Shown here piece by piece: positions 44,592 to 53,774 of a DNA stretch of 64,000 nucleotides (the stretch's first letter is position 1; each line of letters begins with the position of its first letter). The DNA lies in NCBI GenBank assembly GCA_016932315.1, contig JAFGDD010000004.1, positions 125,466 through 189,465 of the forward strand. The letters run 5' to 3'. Position numbers and translations under genes: made by a program. Origin of the DNA: Candidatus Woesearchaeota archaeon. GTDB taxonomy: Archaea > Nanobdellota > Nanobdellia > Woesearchaeales > SM23-78. Below the pieces are notes generated by a model. The model was given only the letters and a program-made list of their open reading frames with translations. It did no database searches and was not told where the DNA came from.

Positions 44592-46372
44592 TATAATATT
44601 TCAACATCAACGCAAATCCGGTATTCCCTCGGAGCATTCTGCCCGCACTTGACTGTGTTAAGAACCTTGAATTTCTTGCCTGCTTTGTCGCAGGATTTCT
44701 TTATCTTCTCAACGCTCTTCTCAAATTCATCTTCTTTCTGGAAGTCATAGAAGTGTATTATCGTCCCTTTATGGCTCGCTGCAAGCGCAACATCAAGGTA
44801 GTCTGCTGCTGATTTTGGCAATGGCATTAGTATCCTGTCGAATGTCTTCTGGAACTTGCTTAGATAATGCCAGGATGATATCATCTCCTCATTTTTTACT
44901 TCATCAGAGCCATTAACCTCTGTCACGCCAAGATTAACCAATGGCAGAATGCCTGTAATATCGAGGCGTGATGATTCTGAAAGCTTGCCGCTGTGAACAT
45001 TATCTTTGTAGTCATTCAGGTGAAAGTAGGTGTTGCAGGATTTTTGTATTTCCTTTATCAGTTCAAAGCATTCTGGATTAGAGTAGAGGTAGAGCATGTG
45101 GCAAGTGTCTATGCACATGTTCTTGAGCCCTGTTGCTTTTATCACCCTGAAAATGCTTTCTTTTGCTGAGAAGAGGAAGATGTGGTTGTTCTCAAAGTAT
45201 ATTTTATCATAGTATTTACTAAAGGTTTTTATGTTTTCAATCATTCCTTCTTCCATGGATTCGCTTTCCTCGCTTTTCCTCTTGCTGTTTACAGGATGAA
45301 TTATGAGGCTGACATCAAATTCTTTTATTAGTGAAATCATTTTTTGGCAGAGCTCAGTATTTGCATTCTGGCTTATCATGTCCATGCTTTCCTTGGCTTC
45401 AAGAGGCTGGTGAACCATTACTTTCTTGCCTTTTTGCTGCAATTGCTTGATTGTCTTTTTCAAGCTCTCAAAGTTTTCCCTGAAATCATTGCCAAACGTG
45501 TGCAGCTCGATTATCAGAGGGTTCTCTTTCATCCTGGTTCGCAGTTGCTCAGGATTAATTGCTGACTTCAATCCGATAATTCTCTTGTAAAAGCCAGGCA
45601 GCGCAGTCTTCACATCCTCGTTAATCAAGAATGCATTATTTATCTTGTTAAATCGAAGGTTTTCAATGCCGTACTTGTGAGCCACAGGGTTAATCTCAAT
45701 GCCATAAACATATTTTGCAGGAGTGTTTTTTGCGATGGTGCAGACATAAGGCGCGCAGCCAGAGAACATCACCAGAACATTTTCTTGCTTTCCTGATTTT
45801 GCTGCTTTGTTAATAAACTCCACAATCCTTTTCCTTTCTGTGCTCAGCCTGGGTGAGAAATAGACTTGCTCAACGTCAAGCTTCAGGACAACATTGTTCT
45901 CCTTGTAAACTGCTTCCTTGGTTTTAATGCCAGCGAGGTGCTCAAGCTTTTGTATCCTGAAAACTCCTTCATGCCTTCCTTTCTTAAGAACAGTCTTGAT
46001 ATTCTTGTTAATCTTCAAAGCCTCTTCTGCAATTATTTTTTCTTTCTTCTCAAGCTCTGCAGGTATCTCAAGAATAGCAATGTTGCCGATGATGTCCATG
46101 GATCTCTTCAGAATCTTTAAATCATCCTTGTCAAGCTTTTTTTTAAGAGAATTCTTCAGATTAGTTGGTAATGAAATCTTTTTTAATGCCTTATTAACAA
46201 TTTTGTAACTATTTTTGAATTTTTTCTTAATGGGAAAATAAACAAATCCTTTTTGCCTGAGGATCAGGTGTTCTTTGTCAAACAATCCTTTGGCTATTAT
46301 CTCCTTCTTAGCCTTCTCTGCTTCCTTAATAGGCACTTTGATGCATAGCATGGCTTTAATGGAGAAAATCAC
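44591..46372 (-). CDS. Trm5/Taw2-family tRNA methyltransferase carrying a ~240-aa inserted endonuclease-IV-like (xylose-isomerase-like TIM barrel) domain
   Basis: - **Trm5 motifs:** DIIGNIAILEIP, VYFSPRLSTER, motif I VLVMFSGCAPYV, VYGIEINPVAHKYGIENLRFNKINN, and C-terminal DRILMPLPKSAADYL...VKCGQNAPREYRICVDV.
- **Insert position:** between residues ~269 and ~510.
- **Insert motifs:** LIIHP, MIENI, NMCIDTCHMLY and FHLNDYKDNVHSGK, paralleling Nfo's NFHPGSH, VIEN, VCIDTCHAF and HLNDAK. Confidence 0.6.
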   Translation of the reverse strand: MIFSIKAMLCIKVPIKEAEKAKKEIIAKGLFDKEHLILRQKGFVYFPIKKKFKNSYKIVNKALKKISLPTNLKNSLKKKLDKDDLKILKRSMDIIGNIAILEIPAELEKKEKIIAEEALKINKNIKTVLKKGRHEGVFRIQKLEHLAGIKTKEAVYKENNVVLKLDVEQVYFSPRLSTERKRIVEFINKAAKSGKQENVLVMFSGCAPYVCTIAKNTPAKYVYGIEINPVAHKYGIENLRFNKINNAFLINEDVKTALPGFYKRIIGLKSAINPEQLRTRMKENPLIIELHTFGNDFRENFESLKKTIKQLQQKGKKVMVHQPLEAKESMDMISQNANTELCQKMISLIKEFDVSLIIHPVNSKRKSEESESMEEGMIENIKTFSKYYDKIYFENNHIFLFSAKESIFRVIKATGLKNMCIDTCHMLYLYSNPECFELIKEIQKSCNTYFHLNDYKDNVHSGKLSESSRLDITGILPLVNLGVTEVNGSDEVKNEEMISSWHYLSKFQKTFDRILMPLPKSAADYLDVALAASHKGTIIHFYDFQKEDEFEKSVEKIKKSCDKAGKKFKVLNTVKCGQNAPREYRICVDVEIL

Positions 46373-46393
46373 TATTTTAAAGGTTTATGAATT

Positions 46394-47290
46394 TTAAAGC
46401 AACAACAGCACTGCACCTATTACCATTATAAGACAAGCCAGACTTCTTCTGAGAACATGCTCTTCGTGAAATAATCCTCCTCCAATAACAGTAGAAACCA
46501 GGGATGAAAGCCTTTTTATGGGAATGACCAGGCTTACTAGTACGCCGGGAAGCGAGAGCGAGTATTGTAATGCAAGCCTGCTGCCCACCAACAAGACAGC
46601 TATTGCCAGGCTTATCTTCCAATGATGCCTTAATCCATGGCTTACTCCATTGAACCCGTCATGGAAGATGAGCAGCATCAGGATGAAGTTTATTGCTGTG
46701 AAGAAATGTGCTAGTGCTATGTAGAAGAAAACATTTATTCCTAACCCGCCATCAACTGGACTGCCCACTATTCTTTTATCAATTATGCTTCCTACTCCGT
46801 AAAGTAGCAGGGCAAGAAATATCTCCCTAATGTGCTTCATCTTTGCGAAATGAATGAAAGGCTCGAACAAAGCTTTATAGGAATGGCTTTCAAGAAGGTA
46901 TGCCCCTCCTACCAGAACTATTATTCCTGTGCCTTGGAGCAAGGTGATTTTTTCTCCTAAAAAAATAGATGCTAATATTGCTGTGAATAAAGGAGCTATA
47001 ACCAGTAGTGGGCTGGTAATGGATATGGCTATGTGCCTCATGGCTTTGGCCGTGAGCAGGAAAGCAACTGCTCCTATCAATGAAGCAACATATATGATAA
47101 TTATGGTTGGGACGCTAGGCTTTATTGGGAATAAGAAGAAGAAAGGCAATGTTATTATCATAGTAAATATTGATACTGTGGCTGAGAACTCCATTGCATG
47201 CTGCTTTAGCAAGGTCTTCTTCTCAACAATGCTAGAAGCGCTTATGAGCACGGCTGAAAGGAAAGCAAACACCAACCAAACAGAACCCAT
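46394..47290 (-). CDS. EamA/DMT-family transporter
   Basis: 298 aa, 10 TM helices, duplicated EamA-like halves. Confidence 0.7.
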   Translation of the reverse strand: MGSVWLVFAFLSAVLISASSIVEKKTLLKQHAMEFSATVSIFTMIITLPFFFLFPIKPSVPTIIIIYVASLIGAVAFLLTAKAMRHIAISITSPLLVIAPLFTAILASIFLGEKITLLQGTGIIVLVGGAYLLESHSYKALFEPFIHFAKMKHIREIFLALLLYGVGSIIDKRIVGSPVDGGLGINVFFYIALAHFFTAINFILMLLIFHDGFNGVSHGLRHHWKISLAIAVLLVGSRLALQYSLSLPGVLVSLVIPIKRLSSLVSTVIGGGLFHEEHVLRRSLACLIMVIGAVLLLL

Positions 47291-47316
47291 TTTTTTTCAA
47301 CCTCGATGATACTTTC

Positions 47317-48453
47317 TCATAATCCGCCGACTAATAGGTTGATGGCGCCAAGTATGAACATCACAATGATGATGATTGCTATGAACTTATTGATGTGAAT
47401 GCTGTACTCAGGCTTTCTCTCGCCATGCTTTTTTGCATTCATAACCATTGCAACAACAAGAATACCTACAATTGCTCCTGTTATTACCCCTGCGATATCA
47501 AGTATTGCAACAAAATTGGCAAGCTTGCCGAGCTTTATCAAAAGGAACAATAAAAAAGGGATGAAACAGGCTAATAACCATGAAGTATTCTTTTTTAAGC
47601 CATAATCATACCAAAACAATTCCTTCAATGCAAGGCCTAGTGCCAGGAATGATGTAGTCATTGTTAACAAGGCAAACAATGCGCCTACGAAAGCCATTTT
47701 TTTACCCAGAATAGCTGCTAAGCCAAGCGCTCCTATCTCATTCGTTCCTTTGCCAAGCACTCCGACTATTGACAATGCGAATAAGAAATAAACCACTAAC
47801 GGTATTAAGCTGCCGATTATTATCGCTTTTTTCAATCCCTTCTTATTTTTATCAAGCTCTTCTTTTATTTCAGGAATAGCAGAAGTGCCTATGAATGCAA
47901 ACAGCACCACGCCGTAAGGCACGAATAATTTTGGAAAGCTGAACTCTGACAAATTAGCAGGGTTAAGCCTGAAAATTGCAAGAAAAAATATTAATATGAC
48001 TATAAAAAATACAATAGGCATTGCAAATGATTCTGATTTTTCAATGGCTTCAAGACCAGAGTATACGAGCCAGGACAATACTCCGAAGAAGATGACGCTG
48101 CAAAGCAAGGAATCTAAACCAGTCAGGCTTGCAAGAGCTTCACCTCCTCCCATCATGTAAGCAATCAATGCTCCATAAATTCCTACAACCATGCTTATGA
48201 ACATGAAATATTTACCAGTCTTGCCAGTATACTTTGCTGCATAAGCAGTTAGCTGGTGATTACCCTTGGTGCGCAAAGCAATTTCTCCAAGATAAAGATG
48301 AAGCAACAGGAATACTCCTCCAAGAACTACAATATTAACTAGTCCTGTGACAAAGCCAGCCTTTGCAACTACATAAGGGATGCCTAGGATGCCTGCACCT
48401 ATCATGCAGCCTACAAGCGTGGCAACTGCGCTGAACAACCTCTTTTTTGACAT
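47317..48453 (-). CDS. Amino-acid permease (aromatic/hydroxy amino acid transporter-like family)
   Basis: N-terminal ATLVGCMIGAGILGIPYVVAKAGF signature. About 11 TM helices. Confidence 0.65.
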   Translation of the reverse strand: MSKKRLFSAVATLVGCMIGAGILGIPYVVAKAGFVTGLVNIVVLGGVFLLLHLYLGEIALRTKGNHQLTAYAAKYTGKTGKYFMFISMVVGIYGALIAYMMGGGEALASLTGLDSLLCSVIFFGVLSWLVYSGLEAIEKSESFAMPIVFFIVILIFFLAIFRLNPANLSEFSFPKLFVPYGVVLFAFIGTSAIPEIKEELDKNKKGLKKAIIIGSLIPLVVYFLFALSIVGVLGKGTNEIGALGLAAILGKKMAFVGALFALLTMTTSFLALGLALKELFWYDYGLKKNTSWLLACFIPFLLFLLIKLGKLANFVAILDIAGVITGAIVGILVVAMVMNAKKHGERKPEYSIHINKFIAIIIIVMFILGAINLLVGGL

Positions 48454-48512
48454 TTCAAAGCATATTGCTTTAAAGAGCTTTTATACTTTTCTATGAAAAT
48501 AAGTATTAGAAT

Positions 48513-49211
48513 TTAAAATTTGCCCTTCAACCTGTCAAGAGTTTTTTGAATTGTTTCATAGTCAGGGTTTTCTTTCCAGTTCCAACTGTCTTTTTTTCCA
48601 AGGCCGTGGGCGATTACCTGCCTGAGATATTGTGAGGGAAGCGCAAAATTAACTTCTGTCGTGTACCTCTTCCTGTCGGGCATTTCAACAAATAGATAAG
48701 AGGATTGTTGTTTCTCAAATATATCTGAGATTTTTCCAAAGCCGCTAATCCTTTCTATTTTGTAATAATCTTTTATGCTTAATGCATTCAAAAATCTTAA
48801 AGCAACCGGTTCCATGAGATTAAATGCGACAGGCATAATGTGTAAATGAGTGTGATCCAGGCAGCCTCCTCCCCTAAAGCAGCCAACCCTTGGTCCGTGC
48901 TCAAAAACCACAACATCCGACTTGTAAGTTTCTGAAACTACTCTTCTGGTCAAGTCAAGCACTTCCTCTAGTTCACGGTGATATTTCTCTGGCATCCCGC
49001 CAACTCCAATGAAGTGTTCTTTGGAGCATATCAATAAATAGCCTTCAATTCCCATGGAACCAAGCGTAGGCATTACAAAGAAATTGTCAGACTCATACAC
49101 TGTTATATTATTTGATTCAAATTCCTTTCTGAGCGCACAGCAAGGTTCTTTGAGATCTTTATTTGTCATGTAGGAGAGAAATGATGATAATTTTATAAAT
49201 CTTTTCAACAC
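48513..49211 (-). CDS. HIT-family protein (canonical HTHLHIMP triad), GalT/Ap4A-phosphorylase-like
   Basis: Motif DHTHLHIMP. An N-terminal Cys pair (CCALRKEF) may bind zinc. Confidence 0.55.
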   Translation of the reverse strand: MLKRFIKLSSFLSYMTNKDLKEPCCALRKEFESNNITVYESDNFFVMPTLGSMGIEGYLLICSKEHFIGVGGMPEKYHRELEEVLDLTRRVVSETYKSDVVVFEHGPRVGCFRGGGCLDHTHLHIMPVAFNLMEPVALRFLNALSIKDYYKIERISGFGKISDIFEKQQSSYLFVEMPDRKRYTTEVNFALPSQYLRQVIAHGLGKKDSWNWKENPDYETIQKTLDRLKGKF

Positions 49212-49265
49212 AAGAAATCTAGAAAAAATCCCCTAATCATTTCTGCTTATGACCACCAATTTCCT

Positions 49266-50138
49266 CTAGTCACGCAAATTTATTATTAACGCTTTGACCA
49301 ACTCCTTGCTAGAAGCTGAAATCACAGGGAGGAATTCTTTTTGCCCAAATTGTAAATATCTTCTGTTTTGTAAACTAATGCCATCAAGTGTTGTCATTAT
49401 ACCGCCGGATTCAGTAACTAAGCCGTAGGCAGTGGCGATCTCGAGGTTTCTCTTTCTTGTGCACTCAAGCACCAGATCTGCTTTTCCAGATGCTAAATCA
49501 ACATAATGAACTGCACTTGATGTTGCGCTAAGGTATTTGTAGCCTTTTAACTTAGATAGGAACGTATCTTGAATAAGCGTGATATTCCTATTCTTATCAA
49601 ATTCTTCATCTGCGTATATTATTGTTTTCCCTTTAATAAGATGCTTTGCGCTAGAGCAACTGATTGGCTTTTCTTTTCCATTAATTAAAATGAAGCTTCC
49701 TTTACCTTTTGCAGCATGAAAAAGTTTTCTGGTGGAATGCTCCATGACCCCGCTAAAAACATAATTATCATATTTAGGATTTAAATTGGAAAAGATTCCA
49801 AGCATGGTTCCGTATCTTCCTTTTTTCCTTGACTTTTTATACTCTTTAGTACCATCCAATCCATCAAGCACTGCTAATAACACAGGATTCTCTGCAATAT
49901 CAAGTTCTCCGTGCTCTTCAGAAATAATCTTTATTGGAATCCGGGCTTTCCTAAAAGTTTCAATAACAGCATTCTCTGCTTCTATATCGCCCATAAGAGA
50001 CATGTCTCCGCAGGGATTTTTTTGAACCATTGCTAATCCTTTTTCGCCCAGATTATCAACTGTCCTCAAAGCTTTTTTTAATGCTTCAATTCCCAACTTT
50101 GATAACTGATCAGCATCCATTTTAAAAGAAATCTCCAA
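49266..50138 (-). CDS. Inositol-monophosphatase/fructose-1,6-bisphosphatase family protein (SuhB-like)
   Basis: Motifs LDGLDGTKEY (DPIDGT-like) and the ATAYGLVTESGG region. 290 aa. Confidence 0.65.
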   Translation of the reverse strand: MEISFKMDADQLSKLGIEALKKALRTVDNLGEKGLAMVQKNPCGDMSLMGDIEAENAVIETFRKARIPIKIISEEHGELDIAENPVLLAVLDGLDGTKEYKKSRKKGRYGTMLGIFSNLNPKYDNYVFSGVMEHSTRKLFHAAKGKGSFILINGKEKPISCSSAKHLIKGKTIIYADEEFDKNRNITLIQDTFLSKLKGYKYLSATSSAVHYVDLASGKADLVLECTRKRNLEIATAYGLVTESGGIMTTLDGISLQNRRYLQFGQKEFLPVISASSKELVKALIINLRD

Positions 50139-51153
50139 GTCCTTTCTGCTTTCTGTCTGCGCTCTCCTCTAGTTTTGCTAGAGCATTCTCTACTCTTTCA
50201 TTGCTGAAATCATGCTCCTCGACCAGCAGTTGGATTAATTTCTCCTTGTTAACAGGCTCCCATTTGAGATGATAATGGCTGGTTACTTTCATGTTCTTTA
50301 TCGTATCAAATACTTCTTTCCATGAATAATCAAAGCTTTCATCCCATTTTGCTTCTTTGAAGATGGTGTCATAATCATTGCCGTGTTTTTTTACCAGTGT
50401 CAATGCTTTTTTTGGCCCGATGCCTTTTATTCCGCCAACATTATAATCAGTGCCTACAAGAATGCTGAGAATGATAAGTTGTTCCTGGCTTATGCCTAGC
50501 TCTGCAAGCACTTCCCTGAGCTCAATAATCTCAGGAGATATATCATCATATGCATATGCTCCTGGCCTTTTTCTCTTGCCACTAATTGTCAGGTTCTTGA
50601 CAAGCTTTGAGGCTTTGAATATAAAACAGTCAGCGTCCTGGCTCAACACATAATCAGCATCTCCTTTTTCCACGATAAATGATGCCTGAGCTTCTCCTTC
50701 GCTAGGAGCCTGCACAATGCACTGCCCCAATGCCTTTATCAGCTCCTTTGCATCTTCTATCATCTCTGGCGTTAACCTTGAGGTTCTTGCTGCAAACTTC
50801 TTCATCTCTTCCAAATCTTCTTTCTTGGCAGCTTCCTCGTACTTCTTCTGAGCATCAATCTTGATTTCCTTTCTTCTTTCCCTTTCCTTGTGCTTTAGTT
50901 CAGGAACTTCGCCGTCAAAGCAGAATATGAACTTGATATTGTAAGCCATTAATTTTGTAATCCTGTGAAATAATCCAGATAAATGGCTGGTGACCCTGCC
51001 TTTGCTGTCCTGAAGCAGCGAGCCGTCAGCCTGCCTTATGCTGCTAAGAAACTGGTAAAGAAGATTATAAGTATCAACTGCAAGAGTCTTGTTCTTCAAG
51101 TCCTCAATCCTGATTTCCTTCGAAGTAAGTATTTCTGTGATTGCGAGGCCCAT
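50122..51153 (-). CDS. fen: Flap endonuclease 1
   Basis: N domain with LAVDTYNLLYQFL, the I domain and a C-terminal PIP-like GLGDFF. Confidence 0.9.
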   Translation of the reverse strand: MGLAITEILTSKEIRIEDLKNKTLAVDTYNLLYQFLSSIRQADGSLLQDSKGRVTSHLSGLFHRITKLMAYNIKFIFCFDGEVPELKHKERERRKEIKIDAQKKYEEAAKKEDLEEMKKFAARTSRLTPEMIEDAKELIKALGQCIVQAPSEGEAQASFIVEKGDADYVLSQDADCFIFKASKLVKNLTISGKRKRPGAYAYDDISPEIIELREVLAELGISQEQLIILSILVGTDYNVGGIKGIGPKKALTLVKKHGNDYDTIFKEAKWDESFDYSWKEVFDTIKNMKVTSHYHLKWEPVNKEKLIQLLVEEHDFSNERVENALAKLEESADRKQKGLGDFF

Positions 51154-51177
51154 CTTATTTTTATCTCCTTGATTTAA

Positions 51178-51741
51178 TTACTTTATCATCTCCATTATTT
51201 TCTCAGCAAGAGGGTAAAGGTTGATTGTATCCTGGCGGTTGTATTCTATCAGTGTTTTTAGTGCTGCCTGGTTTTTCTTTTCCTCGTATTTCTTCCACAT
51301 CTTGGTTGATATTTTTCTCTTGTTGTCAACTGATTCAAGCCTTGTAACTCCAAGAGTTCTTTCCAGTACTTTGAGGTTAGTGTCAAGCTCCAGTCTTCTT
51401 GCAATAAGGTATAAGTCAATCACAGGAATGTTCTTTGGCAGTACGTTAGGGAACTGCTTTTCTATCTCAGGAACATCATAATTGGTGCCGTTAAATGTTA
51501 TGAGCATCTTGCAGCCAGTGAACATCTGCTTAAGGTTTTCTAGTGTCAAGTTTATTCCTCTGATGAATGAATAATACTCTATCTCGCCATCCTTTGGCTT
51601 GTAAACTCCGATGACAGAAATAGGGCCGTCCCAGTAAGTAGCCTCGACATCAATGCACAATGCTTCATGCTTGAATTTCAGGTATAATTCTTTCCAGTGA
51701 AAAAGCGGCAAAACCATTTTGATTCTCCGGTGCAAAGCCAA
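51178..51741 (-). CDS. RNase-H-like 3'-5' exonuclease (DEDD/YprB-like)
   Basis: Exo I motif ALCIDVEAT, and a fold length (~190 aa) typical of PF13482-like proteins. Confidence 0.5.
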   Translation of the reverse strand: MALHRRIKMVLPLFHWKELYLKFKHEALCIDVEATYWDGPISVIGVYKPKDGEIEYYSFIRGINLTLENLKQMFTGCKMLITFNGTNYDVPEIEKQFPNVLPKNIPVIDLYLIARRLELDTNLKVLERTLGVTRLESVDNKRKISTKMWKKYEEKKNQAALKTLIEYNRQDTINLYPLAEKIMEMIK

Positions 51742-51841
51742 GCCCTACTCGCTACCGCTCGTCTCGCCATGCACAACAAAAGCAAGCTTTTGAGTTGCAT
51801 AAGCAGGGCTCGACGGTCTTGTCTTTGCTTTTGATTTTTAT

Positions 51842-52822
51842 TTATATCCTTTTTACTATCATCCCCTTGAAATCCTTGGCTAGCATCTCCTTGGCTTTCT
51901 TGGTAAGCTCGCCTGTTGTGATGAATATGACCGGCAGCTTCTTGGCTTGCCCTTGGATGTAGACTGTGCTCAGGTCTCCGTCATTAACCTTGGTCTTGCT
52001 CTTGGCTTTGCAATAATATTCCTGGCTTCCAATCCTTGACGGAACTGCAATGGTAAGCTCAATATCTGACTTCTTTCTGATAATCTTGTACTCTATAACC
52101 TGGATGTCGTTTGCATTGAAGTATTCAAGAATCTTCTTGAAGAAAGTATCCTTTTCATGCTCAAGGTGCTCTGATGGTATGCTTATCTGCTTTTGCACTT
52201 CAACAGGCTTGTCTTCTTTTTCCTTTTTCTCTTTTGGTTTTTCTTTTTCCTTGACAACCTCTGGCTTGCCTGATTCTTTTTTTGCTTCAGCAGCAGGCTT
52301 TGGAGCTTCAATCTTTTCTTCTTTTTTGATGATAGGCGCAGGCTCAGGAGTCTGGGCTTCTGCTCTCTGAACAGGCTTGACCTGCTTGAATATTATTTTT
52401 TCAGCCTCTTCTGTTGGAGTGAGATACCATTTCCAGTAAATCTCCTTCTGTCCCTTGACAGAAACCTCGAGCGGCTTTGCAAAATCCCTTATGTTACGCA
52501 AGCTCACCCTTAGCAGAGGAGTCAGCTCTGAATCCTTGAGAACTTTCTTTTGTTGCAAATACAAGGCAGTCTGCCTGTCCTTCTCATTCAAGTGCTTGAT
52601 CAGGTTTTGCAGCCTGGATTCTGTTCCTGGATAATAATAAGCAGGGGTTCCTCCTATCTTGGTAAAAGTTACTTTTACCTTGCCGTCGCCTGCAAGCTCA
52701 GAAAGGATGGCTCCGATTATGAGGTTCTCACCGCCCAGCTCTTTTCTTATATCATTAGGTATGACTGGACCTTTGGTTTGCACAATTTTTAGGACTGCGT
52801 CTCTGTTAAGATTGGTTGGCAT
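51842..52822 (-). CDS. Hypothetical protein: N-terminal winged-helix-like domain, Lys/Glu/Pro-rich linker, C-terminal restriction-endonuclease-like (D...E-x-K) domain
   Basis: N-terminal VLKIVQTKGPVIPNDIRKELGGENLIIGAILSELAGDGKV. The C-terminal SDIELTIAV...EYYCKAK pattern resembles a PD-(D/E)xK motif. Confidence 0.35.
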   Translation of the reverse strand: MPTNLNRDAVLKIVQTKGPVIPNDIRKELGGENLIIGAILSELAGDGKVKVTFTKIGGTPAYYYPGTESRLQNLIKHLNEKDRQTALYLQQKKVLKDSELTPLLRVSLRNIRDFAKPLEVSVKGQKEIYWKWYLTPTEEAEKIIFKQVKPVQRAEAQTPEPAPIIKKEEKIEAPKPAAEAKKESGKPEVVKEKEKPKEKKEKEDKPVEVQKQISIPSEHLEHEKDTFFKKILEYFNANDIQVIEYKIIRKKSDIELTIAVPSRIGSQEYYCKAKSKTKVNDGDLSTVYIQGQAKKLPVIFITTGELTKKAKEMLAKDFKGMIVKRI

Positions 52823-52873
52823 TTTTATTCATGAGCAGTATTAGAAAGAGGTTTATATAATTTATCTAAGCGT

Positions 52874-53602
52874 CTATGGTCTCATCCATTTAATCTCATA
52901 ATATGTCACATCGCCTTCGTCGTCAACTATTGCCATGAGAAGCCTTTTCTTGGTGCTGTGCGCTACCCTGTTCTTGGCTGCAAAATCATACCAGGTTAGT
53001 GTTTCTCCTTCGTGGACTGGGAATACTATCCATCTAGCATGGTCTTCGCCAGGCTTCACTCCTCTGTCATAAACCCTGAAATCTGCACCAAACTTTAACG
53101 CTGTTTTTACAATGTAGCCCCTGTTCCTCATATCCTTGAACACGCAATACCTTATCCAGAAATTAGGCTCCACCTTTTTGGCTTTTTGTATGAACGCTTC
53201 AGCATTAAATTTTTTCTTTGCTTCGCTTATCTCAAGCTTTCCCTTTTCAAGCAAATACAATGCTTCTGGAAGTGAGAGCTGGACTTTTCCTCCATCAATA
53301 ATCTGGCCGTAAGCGCTCTTAGCATAAAAGTTCCTTGCCTCATCGTTGGATTCAGTAAGCACTCTTTCCCTGGCAAACATGGCTTTTACTATCTCTTTTT
53401 TCTTGCCTTCCTTATCCTCTTCTTTTTCAGGTTGTTCAGGCGCAAGTGTCTTCTCATCCTCAGCAGCAGGCTCATACTTGACAGGCGCTGATTCAAGCTT
53501 TTCTTCCTCCTGTATGGACTTTATTTCTGCCTCTAACTCAGTCTTCTTGCTCTTAGGCTTCTCCTTCTTTGATTTCTTCTTTGGCATGCTTATTCCTAGC
53601 AT
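52874..53602 (-). CDS. endA: tRNA-splicing endonuclease catalytic subunit (EndA) with a Lys/Glu-rich N-terminal extension; the ORF-track extension to 53947 is probably spurious
   Basis: C-terminal catalytic domain with ALKFGADFRVYDRG and HARWIVFPV...TKKRLLMAIVDDEGDVTYYEI. The proposed start MLGISMPKK at 53602 (or 53587) avoids overlap with rnz on the opposite strand. Confidence 0.75.
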   Translation of the reverse strand: MLGISMPKKKSKKEKPKSKKTELEAEIKSIQEEEKLESAPVKYEPAAEDEKTLAPEQPEKEEDKEGKKKEIVKAMFARERVLTESNDEARNFYAKSAYGQIIDGGKVQLSLPEALYLLEKGKLEISEAKKKFNAEAFIQKAKKVEPNFWIRYCVFKDMRNRGYIVKTALKFGADFRVYDRGVKPGEDHARWIVFPVHEGETLTWYDFAAKNRVAHSTKKRLLMAIVDDEGDVTYYEIKWMRP

Positions 53603-53615
53603 TACGGATGCTTTT

Positions 53616-53690
53616 AAAAAGCTTTGCAAAAAAGTCAAAAAGTCGCCTGAGCCACCCCGTTTGGGGCAACCCCTGACTCCGCTTTGCTTC
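53616..53690. repeat. GC-rich element 'C' (family A/B/C variant) in the endA-rnz divergent intergenic region
   Basis: aaaaagtcgcctgagccaccccgtttggggcaacccctgactccgc shares aaag-yy-gcc...gccacccc-loop-ggggc-ra-cccc with elements A and B. The loop differs (guuu versus gaag) while the stems are kept. Confidence 0.4.
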
Positions 53691-53774
53691 TTTGATATGA
53701 TTATGCCCTCGCAAATTGATGCTAACCTTATTTTTTTAGAAACCATTAAAAACAAGGAAAAAACTCTTATTTTC

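Noticed and set aside
53346-53774. 5' extension of the RNase Z ORF (143 extra codons) and the matching extension of endA to 53947
   Set aside because: The two extensions overlap each other antisense. They are Ser/Phe/Leu-rich low-complexity translations of AT-rich DNA and precede clean RNase Z (MEITMLGTSC) and EndA (MLGISMPKK) N-termini. They were treated as non-coding.
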